A program made the translations under genes and the position numbers. Shown here in pieces: positions 32,499 to 43,534 of a stretch of DNA of 64,000 nucleotides (position 1 is the stretch's first letter; each line of letters begins with the position of its first letter). Source of the stretch: Eledone cirrhosa. Taxonomy: Eukaryota. The notes under the pieces were generated by a model that searched no databases, was not told where the DNA came from, and saw only the letters and a program-made list of their open reading frames with translations. The stretch covers positions 34,224,001-34,288,000 of the forward strand of contig OZ024760.1 of NCBI GenBank assembly GCA_964016885.1, in the 5' to 3' direction.

Positions 32499-32762
32499 AA
32501 AAGTGACACAGAGGAGACTGAGGTTGGCTGGACATGCTCACCGACATCCAGAGTTGACATTGCACTCAGTGCTCCTTTGGGAGCCCCTACATGGAAACAC
32601 TAGAAGAGGAAGACCAAGGTGAACATATTTTGATGCCCTAAGGACAGACACTGGTCTGTTGATGATGCAGGATATGGCAGCGATAATGAGGGACAGAGAC
32701 CGCTGGAGAGAACTCGTCCATGGATCTCTGGAATTTTACCCGCCTTAGATAGATAGATAGAT
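32499..32762 (+). mobile_element. 3' fragment of RTE-like family 4 with (TAGA)n tail
   Basis: [53 protein letters not shown]; the stop codon is the first tail unit. Confidence 0.82.
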
Positions 32763-32871
32763 ATATATATATGTATATATATGTATATATATGTATATAT
32801 ATATATATATGTATATATATGTATATATATATATGTATATATATGTATATAGATATATATATGTATATATG

Positions 32872-32906
<35 letters not shown>

Positions 32907-32984
32907 GTATATATATGTATATATATGTATATGTATATATATGTATATATATATGTATATGTATATATATATATATGTATATGT

Positions 32985-33016
<32 letters not shown>

Positions 33017-33117
33017 GTATATATATGTATATGTATATATATGTATATGTATATGTATATATATGTATATATATGTATATATATATATATGTATATGTAT
33101 ATATATGTATATATATG

Positions 33118-33150
<33 letters not shown>

Positions 33151-33317
33151 GTATATATATGTATATATATGTATATATATATATATGTATATATACGTAT
33201 ATATATATATATATGTATATATATGTATATATATATATATATGTATATATGTATATATATATATATATGTATATATATGTATATATATATATATGAATAT
33301 ATATATATGTATATATG

Positions 33318-33354
<37 letters not shown>

Positions 33355-33391
33355 GTATATATATGTTTATATATATATGTATATATATGTT

Positions 33392-33432
<41 letters not shown>

Positions 33433-33737
33433 GTATATATATGTATATATATGTATATATATATGTATATATATGTATATATATGTATATATATGTATAT
33501 ATATATATATATGTATATATATGTATATATATGTATATATATATGTATATATATGTATATATATGTATATATATGTATATATATATATATATGTATATAT
33601 ATGTATGTATATATATGTATATATATGTATATATATATATATATATGTATATATATGTATATATATGTATATATATATGTATATATATGTATATATATAT
33701 GTATATATATGTATATATATATATATATGTATATATA

Positions 33738-33770
<33 letters not shown>

Positions 33771-33777
33771 ATATATG

Positions 33778-33812
<35 letters not shown>

Positions 33813-33850
33813 GTATATATATGTATATATATGTATATATATATATATGT
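32763..33850. repeat. (TA)n/(TATG) microsatellite
   Basis: Directly visible. Confidence 0.96.
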
Positions 33851-36527
33851 ATCATCATCATCATCATCATCATCACCGTTTTACGTCCGTTCTTCCACGC
33901 TAGCATGGGTTAGACGGGTTGTCCTGTTGTGGGCAGTGTCTGGTCGGCTGACCATGCCTTGCTCATACAGGAACTGATCTGGCTTGATTTCTACAGCTGG
34001 ATGCCCTTCCTAACACCAACCTCATTTACAGTGAGTGCTGGGTGCTTTTTCGTGGCGCCTACACGTCCACTTTACAGTGTGGGCTGGGTGCTTTTTTGCC
34101 GTGGCACCTCCACGACCACCTTGCGGTGGGGGGGGGGGGGCATATTGTTTATATGCTTCAGCATGTACCCATGGGAGGTCGGGTACCCTGTATTACTGCG
34201 TGACGCCAGAAGTCACGGTCGTGTGTCATTGACTTTGAGAGGTGTAGTTGGGTAAGGTCGGCTTTTATCACCTCATCCCAAGTCATCTTGGGTCTCCCCA
34301 CTCCGCGGTTTCCATCAACTTCTAGTGCTCTGCACCTTTTTATGCAGCTGTCATCCTTCATACGCATCACATGTCCATACCAGCGTAACCGCCTCTCCTG
34401 CACGCAGCATTTGATTCCTCTTATGCTCAGTCTCTCTCTCAATTCATTTATGCTTTGTCGTTCACGTATATTACTGTTACACATCCATCGGAGCATGCAG
34501 GCTTCGTTTCTCTCTAATCTACGTAAGTCTTCCACCTTCAGCGCCCAGGTCTCACTACCATGCAACATCGCTGTTCGGATACACGCATCATACAGTCTGC
34601 CTTTCATTCTGAGGGAGAAGCCTTTTGCAGCTAGCAGTGGTAGTAGTTCCCTAAACTTCTTCCATCCCGTTCTTACCCTAGTTATTGTACTTTCTGAGCA
34701 CCCACCTCCGTTGCTAATTCGGTCACCTAGGTAGCAGAAGCTGTCTACTGTTTCTACAGGGCCCTCCCAGAGATTGGTGGTACTTGTTTCCTGTGGCTGT
34801 TTGCTTGCTGTTTCAGCACAGCTGCTGCATGTGAATCCTACATTCTTAATTAAGCTTCCTGAGATCCCGCTACATCTCTTGTGTACCCATTGTTTGCATT
34901 TGGGGCAAAGAATGGAGTTCCTACCTACACCTTTCCTACATACTGAGCAAGGCCATTTCCCTGAGGGGATCTGGGTTCTGTTTTCTCGTCTACTTATAAG
35001 GACCTTAGTCTTTGTCATGTTGACTTTGAGGCCCTTTCTCTCTAGTCCCTGCTTCCAGGTTTGGAATTTATTCTCTAGTTCTACCATAGATTCAGCTATG
35101 AGTGCGAGGTCATCAGCATACAGGAGTTCCCATGGGCATCCGGTCTTAAACTCCTCCGTTATTGCCTGCAGGACTATGATGAACAGGAGAGGGCTAAGAA
35201 CAGAGCCCTGGTGGACCCCAACCTGTACGCTAAATTCCTCGCTATACTCATTGCCAATCCTAACTTTGCTGACTGCTCCCCTATACATGGCTTGTACCGC
35301 TTTCACAAGCCATTCATCTACTCCTAGTTTTCTAAGAGCCCACCAGATTACTGCACGTGGAACTCTGTCAAAGGCTTTCTCAAGGTCGACAAATGCCAAG
35401 TAGAGTGGCTTACTTTTAGCTAGGTACTTTTCCTGTAATTGCCTCACAAGGAAGAGCGCATCAGTGGTGCCTTTCCCTGGAACAAACCCAAATTGCATCT
35501 CGTCTATATTCACCCGGTCCCTAATCAGCTGTGCTATAACTCTTTCTGTTACTTTCATGACCTGGTCCATCAACTTTATACCTCTATAGTTTCCTCTATC
35601 TAGTGCATCGCCTTTACCTTTGTAGCAGTTGACAATGATGCTACTGCACCAATCTTTTGGTATGGCCCCCTCTAGTATTACCTGGTTAACGATACGTGTG
35701 GTTATAGTGTGACCTACAGACCCAGATGCCTTCAGCATCTCGGCAGCTATACCCGATGGACCGGTTGCCTTCCCTATCTTCATATCTCTGATTGCCTTAC
35801 TTACTACGCTGCCGCTGACTTGTACTGCTGGTCCCTCTATAGGGTCTACGTGGGGTAGGGTCTCTTCTTCCCATGCATTCTCCTCATTTAGTAATCTATC
35901 ATAATGACTCTTCCATGCATCTTTCTTCTCAGCACTTGTGAGGGCAAGCTCACCTTTATCATTCCGGATACACTTCTCTCCAATGACATCACAACTATCT
36001 CTGACACACTGCCTCGCAATCTTGAATACCTCCTGTTTCTGGTCCTCACGTTGTAAAACATGCTTGAATTTTCTATCCTCTGCTTCCCTCCTAGCTAAGT
36101 ATACTTGTCGCCTAGCTTCCCTCTTGGTCTCTATGTAATGTACCCTGCTCCCCCCGTTCTTCCATTCTTTCCATGCCTGTCTCTTGGCCTTGACTGCTTC
36201 ATCTACCTTATTGTTCCACCACCAAGTCACTCTCCTCCTGCTTGAGGTCTTACTCCAGCCACAAACCTCATCCGTCGCCTCTAGTAAGTTATTTTTTAGG
36301 AACTCCCAGTTCTCTTCTACGTTAAATGTCTCTATCTGTTCTTCTTTACTGTCGTAGGCGTTGAGTAAAATATCTTTAAATCTGTTACTGGTTGAGGGGA
36401 CTTTCAGCTTCCAGATCTTTCTTCTCCAGGTTGGCCTCTGTTTCAGGGCTCGTCTAGTTCTGACCGTGAGGTCGCTGACAACTAAGCTATGTTGGGATGT
36501 ACATTCCTCACTAGGGAAGGCTTTTGT
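33851..36527 (-). mobile_element. RTE-clade LINE family 1, 5'-truncated, with (ATG)n tail
   Basis: Uninterrupted ORF, ~300 bp 3'UTR and (GAT)n tail, flanked by TA arrays on both sides. Confidence 0.95.
34158..36527 (-). CDS. RTE ORF (end of APE, RT, PHD-like finger, C-terminal domain); ~790 codons without stops but lacking the N-terminus
   Basis: Extends upstream of the tracked start as [19 protein letters not shown]..; motifs [74 protein letters not shown]. Confidence 0.9.
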   Translation of the reverse strand, partial: TKAFPSEECTSQHSLVVSDLTVRTRRALKQRPTWRRKIWKLKVPSTSNRFKDILLNAYDSKEEQIETFNVEENWEFLKNNLLEATDEVCGWSKTSSRRRVTWWWNNKVDEAVKAKRQAWKEWKNGGSRVHYIETKREARRQVYLARREAEDRKFKHVLQREDQKQEVFKIARQCVRDSCDVIGEKCIRNDKGELALTSAEKKDAWKSHYDRLLNEENAWEEETLPHVDPIEGPAVQVSGSVVSKAIRDMKIGKATGPSGIAAEMLKASGSVGHTITTRIVNQVILEGAIPKDWCSSIIVNCYKGKGDALDRGNYRGIKLMDQVMKVTERVIAQLIRDRVNIDEMQFGFVPGKGTTDALFLVRQLQEKYLAKSKPLYLAFVDLEKAFDRVPRAVIWWALRKLGVDEWLVKAVQAMYRGAVSKVRIGNEYSEEFSVQVGVHQGSVLSPLLFIIVLQAITEEFKTGCPWELLYADDLALIAESMVELENKFQTWKQGLERKGLKVNMTKTKVLISRRENRTQIPSGKWPCSVCRKGVGRNSILCPKCKQWVHKRCSGISGSLIKNVGFTCSSCAETASKQPQETSTTNLWEGPVETVDSFCYLGDRISNGGGCSESTITRVRTGWKKFRELLPLLAAKGFSLRMKGRLYDACIRTAMLHGSETWALKVEDLRRLERNEACMLRWMCNSNIRERQSINELRERLSIRGIKCCVQERRLRWYGHVMRMKDDSCIKRCRALEVDGNRGVGRPKMTWDEVIKADLTQLHLSKSMTHDRDFWRHAVIQGTRPPMGTC

Positions 36528-36536
36528 ATATATATG

Positions 36537-36567
<31 letters not shown>

Positions 36568-36746
36568 GTATATATATGTATATATATGTATATATATATA
36601 TATATGTATATATATATGTATATATATGTATATATGTATATATATGTATATATGTATATATATGTGTATATATGTATATATATGTATATATATGTATATA
36701 TATGTATATATATATATATATATGTATATATATGTATATATATATG

Positions 36747-36777
<31 letters not shown>

Positions 36778-36778
36778 G

Positions 36779-36839
<61 letters not shown>

Positions 36840-36941
36840 GTATATATATATTTATGTATATATATATCTATATATGTATATATATATATATATATGTATA
36901 TATATACATATACATATATGTATATATATGTATATATATGT

Positions 36942-36972
<31 letters not shown>

Positions 36973-37000
36973 CATATATGTATATATATGTATATATATG

Positions 37001-37032
<32 letters not shown>

Positions 37033-37116
37033 CATATATGTATATATATGTATATATATGTATATATATATATGTATATATATATATATGTATATGTATA
37101 TATATGTATATATATG

Positions 37117-37149
<33 letters not shown>

Positions 37150-37401
37150 GTATATATATGTATATATATGTATATATATATATATGTATATATACGTATA
37201 TATATATATATATGTATATATATGTATATATATATATATATGTATATATGTATATATATATATATATGTATATATATGTATATATATATATATGTATATA
37301 TATGTATATATATATATATGTATATATATATACGTATATATATATATATATGTATATATATGTATATATATATATATGAATATATATATATGTATATATG
37401 T
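36528..37401. repeat. (TA)n/(TATG) microsatellite
   Basis: Directly visible. Confidence 0.96.
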
Positions 37402-37557
37402 ATAGTTTTGCGAGGTTTTTTATATGAAATCGTGTGTCGAAACAGATATTGTTATATTTGGGGAGGGTCATATTTGCGTAATATTGCCAGAATTAATAAC
37501 AGAACACACTCACTGTTTGGTTGGTTTTCGCTTCTCGCTGTCTTTTATATATATATA

Positions 37558-40500
37558 TCTGCGATCTAACTTACTCGGTCCTCAATGTTGCCATTGACTG
37601 ACCGGCGGTTAAAAATAATACAGATACAATATAGACAAACACATATATATATAGTTTACATAAATCTTTCGTTGCACATCTGCAACATCGTCAGTGGTGT
37701 TATATTCATTGTTCCTCCTGTTGTGTTGTATGTCTACGCCATTTTTTTTTGTTCAGTCTGTCTATATATTTATTTATTTATTTATTTGCTTGTTTGTTTA
37801 TCTTATTTTATTTTGTCTTCTTTGCGCATGCGTTTGCGTGTGTGTATAGTGTTATGTGTGATGTGTGACTAGTGTGTATAGTGTTGTGTCTGCTGGGTGA
37901 CTAGTGTGTGTTTATGTGCTTGTGTATGTATTTATTTATCTTATTTTATTTAATTTAATTTACTTATTTATTTATACTTCTCTTAGGTCAGTGTTGTTTG
38001 TTTGGGTGTTGTTGTTGTTCCACTCATTCTTTCTGTTTAGCTTTGGTCTTCTAATTTCTATTTCACTGGCCTCTCTGATTTGCCTATCTGCTGGGTCATT
38101 CCTATGTTTAGATATTATTCTAATTTCTATGTTGTCTATGTTACCGTCATGATGTTGTCTAGCATGTTCGTATAGTACTGACCCGTTTTTTCGTCCTTTT
38201 AGTTCCCCCCAGTGTTGGTCTATCCTTTCACCTATGCTACGAGCTGTCTCACCTATGTATGTTGTTGTCGTGTTTCTGCAAGTACCCTCTGTACATCTTA
38301 TGCTATAGACTACGTTTCTAGTTTTACAGTTTATCCGGGGGTTCACCTTACATATGATACATTTCCTATTGGTACAGTGGGTTTTCTTAAAAGGGTAGGT
38401 TTTGCTGATCAGGGATTTTATGGTGGTTCCTGGCTTTTCTACCACCTTTATTTTTAAGTGGGTCTTTCTCAGGGCCTTTCTACACTGGTTAGCTAATTTC
38501 CCTCCAGGGGTGGCGTCCACAAACATGACACTCTGATATCTCTGGTTGTCGTACCATGATGTGGCCTTCCCTATCTTATGTCTAGCCCTATCTAAGCTAT
38601 TCCATGATTTGCTCCTGTATAGTGGGCAAATTCCTTTCATGTCCAGTTCTATGAGGGTCTTATACTTTTCCATGGCTCCTTCGTATACTCTGACTCTGTC
38701 TCTTTGGTTGTAGCCAGAGAACTGCATGCGGTTGATGAAGTGTTGGATGTGTCCTTCCATTTCTGTTGGGTCGCACATGCTGGACACATTCTTCATCACT
38801 CGTACCAAATCTGCGATCAGAATATTAAACTTAGCACTACTGGACATTGCTGAGTTTTTGAGTATCAGGTATTTGGAGGCCATGGGTTTAGCATAGTGTG
38901 AGTGGAGAATTTGGGCTCTCTCGTCTATAGTGTTAATCCAGAGTTCTGTGTCTAATACAGGTAGTCTATTGTTAGGGTGTTTGGAAGGGAAGTCTATAGT
39001 TACAGTTATACTCTGGTGTATGGAATTAGCTATCTGCTGGATGCTTTCCATCGTGCTACGTTCTAAATCAAACTTGTTAGTGCTCTCTAGTGGGGGTGTT
39101 CTTATAACTATATTGATATCGTCTACATAACGAGAGTACATGATGAGGTCTATGGAGCTTTCATTAAGGAGATCTTTAAGTCTCCTTTCCCACCATACCA
39201 TGAAAAGGTTGGCAACATCGCCAGCTATGCTGACGCCGATGGCTGCTCCCTCATTTTGGGTGTAGATTTTCTCATTGAACTTAAATATGTGGCCCTTTAG
39301 GGTAGTTTTGATACTAGCCCCTATTGCATGTGCAACCATTTTTCTTACCTGATCAGTGTTTTGGGGGGTCCGTATAGCTTTGGTCCACCCAATCCACCTT
39401 CCTATGGGAGTCTTTTTAGCCATTGAGGTTATGGTGGGGGGTCTACCTCTTATAGGTCTACTAGGGCAGAAACATCTAAGGTCATGGCTGTCTAGGTAGT
39501 CAGTGTCGTAGGTAAGTCTAAGTAGGAGGCCCAGTTCGTCTGTGTCGACGTCGCAGAACTCCACCTCACTCTCAATGATCATCTCCACACATCTTTTCAC
39601 AGCAAAATCAATGTTAATGGATGGGTACAGTGACACCACATCCATGCTGCCTATTATGCAGTTGGATAGGCTCCTGTTTTTGTTGCACTCACTGATTCTG
39701 CTGAGGAGGTCCTCTGTACTTTCACATACATCTGGGGACATCTTGATTATGGGGCGTATAACCATTGAGAGGAAGTAGGAGATCCTGTAGTTGCTAGCTA
39801 TATTAGCTCCGCATACAGGTCTTGTTGGTGGTCCTATTGTCGGGTCGTCGACTGTCTTGTGGTCTTTGCGGAGCCCATACAAGGGTGGTATGCCATTGTT
39901 AGATGCCTGGAAGTTGTTGGCAGTGCGTCTGCTTGGCTTTAGGATGTCAGTCCACATCATCATGTGAGCGTTGAGGATTTTTTCTCTCCCATCGTGTGTT
40001 AGTTGTGCAACTTCGCTCGTGTTGGTGATGTGGGGTTGCATTGCCTCGATGTAGTTCGGCATGCTATCTATTGACATCCTACCAGACTTATCTGTGGGTA
40101 GACACACTACCTCACCATCCCTTGTGCGCTGCTTGAGGCTAACCAAGCCTTCTACAGGTTTTATCCCAAGTTGTTGGGCCTCTGGTCTGCTCTGTCTCAT
40201 AGTGTACCTGTCTACTACTTGTCTAATCTTATTTCTAGCTATGGTGAACTGTGCCTCCGTCTCGTCATCTATTTGTTGTGGTATGCAAACTCTTTTATTA
40301 AAGGGTAACCTCGTAGGATAGATATTACCCATCTTATATGTTTTGTCAGCTGGGTTGAAAAATAGTTTCTCTAAGGGGTTGTCGTTATTTCTATCGTCAT
40401 AGTTGTGTGTGTTGCTATTATTGTTATCATGGTGGTTGTTGTTGTTTCTATCCTTAGCATTAATATTATTATTGTTATGATTGCTAGATGTATTGTTGTT

Positions 40501-40995
40501 TACTTCACCGTTATTGTTGTTGTTGTTACTGCTATTTCTACCATTGTGGTTGTTACTATTATTATGTTTCTTGTTTTTGTTGATGTTGCTACATGTACTA
40601 TTTCCATTATTACCACTGTGGTTATTGTTGTTGTTGTTGTTCGTATTGTTACCGTTATTACTACTGTGGTCACTGTTGCTGTGTCTGTGGTTAACGTTTC
40701 TATTATTATTATTATTGTGGTTGTTGTTGTTCTGTCTATCGCTAGTATTATTACCATTATCACTATTTCTCACTTTCCTGCCATTGTTATGGTTATGGCT
40801 GTTATTTCTATACCCAGAGTTATTGTTTATATTACTACTACCGTTATTATTGTTGTTGTTGTTTACCTTTGCATTCCAACGTATTTTTGTGAAACACTTT
40901 TCCAGCTCCGTTTTGCATTCCATAGGATTAATCTTTTTGTAGATGGCAAATTTTGGTGGTAACTTTAGGATTTGTTGTTCTTGTTCACTGATTAA
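37558..40995 (-). mobile_element. PLE-3: Penelope-like element of a second clade (YVDD type)
   Basis: Long ORF plus A/C-rich 3' region with an HHR-like motif at 37658-37697; 5' boundary approximate. Confidence 0.88.
37658..37697 (-). ncRNA. Hammerhead-like motif, degenerate stem I/III
   Basis: cca-CTGACGA-t-gttgca/gatg/tgcaac-GAAA-gattta-tgt. Stem II is perfect but stem I has only 2 bp. Confidence 0.45.
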
Positions 40996-41118
40996 AGTTC
41001 TATGGGAACACTGAATGTTAAGTGCAAACACAAAACCAACCACGCATATCTTTACTATCTCTAATCCTTCTATAGATTTAGAAAAATAACCAATAATATA
41101 TTCTATAAAAAATGTCAA
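37972..41118 (-). CDS. PLE polyprotein: Asn-rich insert, RT, C-terminal GIY-YIG (1048 codons, no stops; true start uncertain)
   Basis: Motifs LKLPPKFA, PTDKSGR, YGLRKDHK, PTRPVCG, MDVVSLYPSI, EGAAIG, YSRYVDD, LPVLD, NVVYSIRC...YIGETAR...H...RQIREA...LNRKNEW. Confidence 0.92.
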   Translation of the reverse strand: MTFFIEYIIGYFSKSIEGLEIVKICVVGFVFALNIQCSHRTLISEQEQQILKLPPKFAIYKKINPMECKTELEKCFTKIRWNAKVNNNNNNNGSSNINNNSGYRNNSHNHNNGRKVRNSDNGNNTSDRQNNNNHNNNNNRNVNHRHSNSDHSSNNGNNTNNNNNNNHSGNNGNSTCSNINKNKKHNNSNNHNGRNSSNNNNNNGEVNNNTSSNHNNNNINAKDRNNNNHHDNNNSNTHNYDDRNNDNPLEKLFFNPADKTYKMGNIYPTRLPFNKRVCIPQQIDDETEAQFTIARNKIRQVVDRYTMRQSRPEAQQLGIKPVEGLVSLKQRTRDGEVVCLPTDKSGRMSIDSMPNYIEAMQPHITNTSEVAQLTHDGREKILNAHMMMWTDILKPSRRTANNFQASNNGIPPLYGLRKDHKTVDDPTIGPPTRPVCGANIASNYRISYFLSMVIRPIIKMSPDVCESTEDLLSRISECNKNRSLSNCIIGSMDVVSLYPSINIDFAVKRCVEMIIESEVEFCDVDTDELGLLLRLTYDTDYLDSHDLRCFCPSRPIRGRPPTITSMAKKTPIGRWIGWTKAIRTPQNTDQVRKMVAHAIGASIKTTLKGHIFKFNEKIYTQNEGAAIGVSIAGDVANLFMVWWERRLKDLLNESSIDLIMYSRYVDDINIVIRTPPLESTNKFDLERSTMESIQQIANSIHQSITVTIDFPSKHPNNRLPVLDTELWINTIDERAQILHSHYAKPMASKYLILKNSAMSSSAKFNILIADLVRVMKNVSSMCDPTEMEGHIQHFINRMQFSGYNQRDRVRVYEGAMEKYKTLIELDMKGICPLYRSKSWNSLDRARHKIGKATSWYDNQRYQSVMFVDATPGGKLANQCRKALRKTHLKIKVVEKPGTTIKSLISKTYPFKKTHCTNRKCIICKVNPRINCKTRNVVYSIRCTEGTCRNTTTTYIGETARSIGERIDQHWGELKGRKNGSVLYEHARQHHDGNIDNIEIRIISKHRNDPADRQIREASEIEIRRPKLNRKNEWNNNNTQTNNTDLREV

Positions 41119-41260
41119 AACAACAGATGGGAATCTAATTAATCACTGCCACCAAGAATTCTCACTGCTATCGAAAAACCACTCCTTCAACTATTCTTCT
41201 AACAACTTCACCCCTTCCTCCTAATATTCTCTATAAAAACTAAATAGGTCCTCAGTAATA

Positions 41261-41377
41261 TTATTCTGATGAAATGACAGTAAATAATAACATTGAAATA
41301 TTGAATGTCTGCATAACTAAAAGTTTGTAGATAGCTGTTTTAGGTTATGTAACTGTTATAGAAACACGTGTCAATAA
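41261..41377 (+). ncRNA. Type I hammerhead with 88 nt stem II insert
   Basis: ttatt-CTGATGA-a-atgacagt...actgttat-a-GAAAC-ACGT-GTC-aataa; palindromic stem III. Confidence 0.8.
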
Positions 41378-41790
41378 ATTCCTTTCAACTAAACTGTATC
41401 CATTCAAATCTTTCTATATATGTATATATATATATATGTATATATATATATGTATATATATGTATATATATATATGTATGTATATATATGTATATATATA
41501 TATGTATGTATATATATGTATATATATGTATGTATATATATATATGTATATATATGTATATATATATATACATACATATATATACATATATATACATACA
41601 TATATATATATACATATATATACATACATATATATATATACATATATATACATATATATATATACATATATAGAAAGATTTGAATGGATACAGTTTAGTT
41701 GAAAGGAATTTATTGACACGTGTTTCTATAACAGTTACATAACCTAAAACAGCTATCTACAAACTTTTAGTTATGCAGACATTCAATATT
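41297..41790. repeat. ~490 bp hairpin: 120 bp unique arms plus mirrored microsatellite centre
   Basis: 41297-41416 is the reverse complement of 41671-41790; the interior switches from TATG to CATA near 41560. Confidence 0.9.
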
Positions 41791-42400
41791 ATGTCAGGTC
41801 ACCAGTTGGTGCTACTGGTAACATGTATCCCAGTACAACCTGTCTCATGGTCGGGTCGTTGGCGACTAAACTGGCAACCCCACCAAGGTTTCTTGGTGAG
41901 GAGGGTGACTTTGGACATCCTGCAGGACTAAAAACAAAACCTGTCAAAGGGCAAAGGAGCTCTTAAGAGTCAATGGCCATCCAAAATCACTGGGAGAGAT
42001 GACCCCTTAGCCTTTGTCAAGGCAGAATTCTAGGAGAAGGAAAACTCTGATATAACACCTGCAACCCTGATGGTATCCAATGATGTTGACTTGTTCTTCT
42101 TTTTGGTAAATATCATCTTGGTTAAGAGAGTGGGACTGGCTTTGTGCAGTGCCTTTGCTCACTATAAAAGCTTCACGGCACAGGCATTGCTTTATATCTG
42201 GAGATCTCTCTGCACTTGTCGTCACATGGTACCATGGGCCCAGCACTATGTGTCAGTAATTGTCACAAGTGTAGTGTTTGTACCAGAGTTTTCAAGTCGC
42301 TGGCTGGACTAAAAAGTCACACGCGTTCAGCGCATCGGTAGGGGTTCTCCTACATGGATATAAAGTAGTGGCCGTACTCGAAAACGAGTTGGCAGCTACC
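41791..42400 (+). mobile_element. Longer copy (~610 bp) of bipartite RTE-derived non-autonomous element
   Basis: 5' part has gtcgttggcgactaaa, the hairpin caccaag/gttt/cttggtg and ctaggagaaggaaaactctga. 3' part has a C2H2 remnant (42264-42341) and terminal hairpin. No RT. Confidence 0.72.
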
Positions 42401-42545
42401 ATATATATATATATGTATATATATGTATATGTATATATATATATGTATATATATATATGTATATATATGTATATATATGTATATATATGTATATATATAT
42501 ATGTATATATATGTATATATATGTATATATATATATATATGTATA

Positions 42546-42579
<34 letters not shown>

Positions 42580-42582
<3 letters not shown>

Positions 42583-42922
42583 AAACAGTTTTATAGATAA
42601 ATAGATTTGACATACCGTACAACATCGACTTGTATTTGAAAAGTTGAATTGGCAGTTCAACTTTTCAAATACAAGTCGATGTTGTACGGTATGTCAAATC
42701 TATTTATCTATAAAACTGTTTATATTGTATTTTGTCTGAGGAAGGCATAGCATATTGTTAATATGATATCCCTGAAATATATATAATGAAATAAATATGG
42801 TTTTATAAATATAGTTTCCATTTATTTAATATCGTAAATATACTCCAAATACTTGTCGAGTGCTTTTATATCAGTTATAAATATTTACTAGTTGTAACCC
42901 AACAATTTAAATATAACTTTCC
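42580..42922 (+). mobile_element. pLTR fragment preceded by a 69 bp perfect fold-back
   Basis: Arms 42580-42648 and 42656-42724 with loop ttggcag; an HHR follows 3 nt after the right arm. Confidence 0.75.
42728..42793 (+). ncRNA. Type I hammerhead ribozyme
   Basis: tattttgt-CTGAGGA-aggcatagcatatt/gtt/aatatgatatccct-GAAAT-ATAT-ATA-atgaaata; 8 bp stem I with two G-U pairs. Confidence 0.7.
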
Positions 42923-43001
42923 ATATATATGTATATATATGTATATATATGTATATATATATATATGTATATATATGTATATATATGTATATATATGTAT
43001 A

Positions 43002-43042
<41 letters not shown>

Positions 43043-43043
43043 G

Positions 43044-43074
<31 letters not shown>

Positions 43075-43534
43075 GTATATATATGTATATATATATGTAT
43101 ATATATGTATATATATGTATATATATGTATATATATGTATATATATGTATGTATATATATGTATATATATGTATATATATGTATATATATGTATATATAT
43201 ATATATATGTATATATATGTATATGTATATATATGTATATGTATATATGTTTATATGTATATATGTATATATATGTATATGTATATATGTTTATATGTAT
43301 ATATATATATATATGTATATATATGTATATATATGTAAATGTATATATGTTTATATGTATATATATGTATATATATGTATATATATGTATATGTATATAT
43401 GTTTATATATGTATATATATATATGTATATATATATATGTATATATATGTATATAAATTTATATATATATATGTATATATATGTATATATATATATGTAT
43501 ATATATGTATATATGTATATATATATGTATATGT
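42923..43534. repeat. (TA)n/(TATG) microsatellite
   Basis: Directly visible. Confidence 0.95.

Noticed and set aside
34288-35403. Antisense ORFs over RTE and PLE coding regions (also 40405-40962, 59406-60346)
   Set aside because: Shadow frames of the real ORFs or of triplet repeats; no motifs.
37402-37545. GAAAC-agatatt-GTT on plus as a hammerhead
   Set aside because: No CTGANGA or stem I partner upstream; at most a 3' half, so not counted.
40996-41118. First ~40 codons of the 1048 aa ORF as the true N-terminus
   Set aside because: No ATG start and no PLE-like motif before LISEQEQQILKLPPKF; probably read-through into an oppositely oriented pLTR fragment that carries the 41261 HHR.
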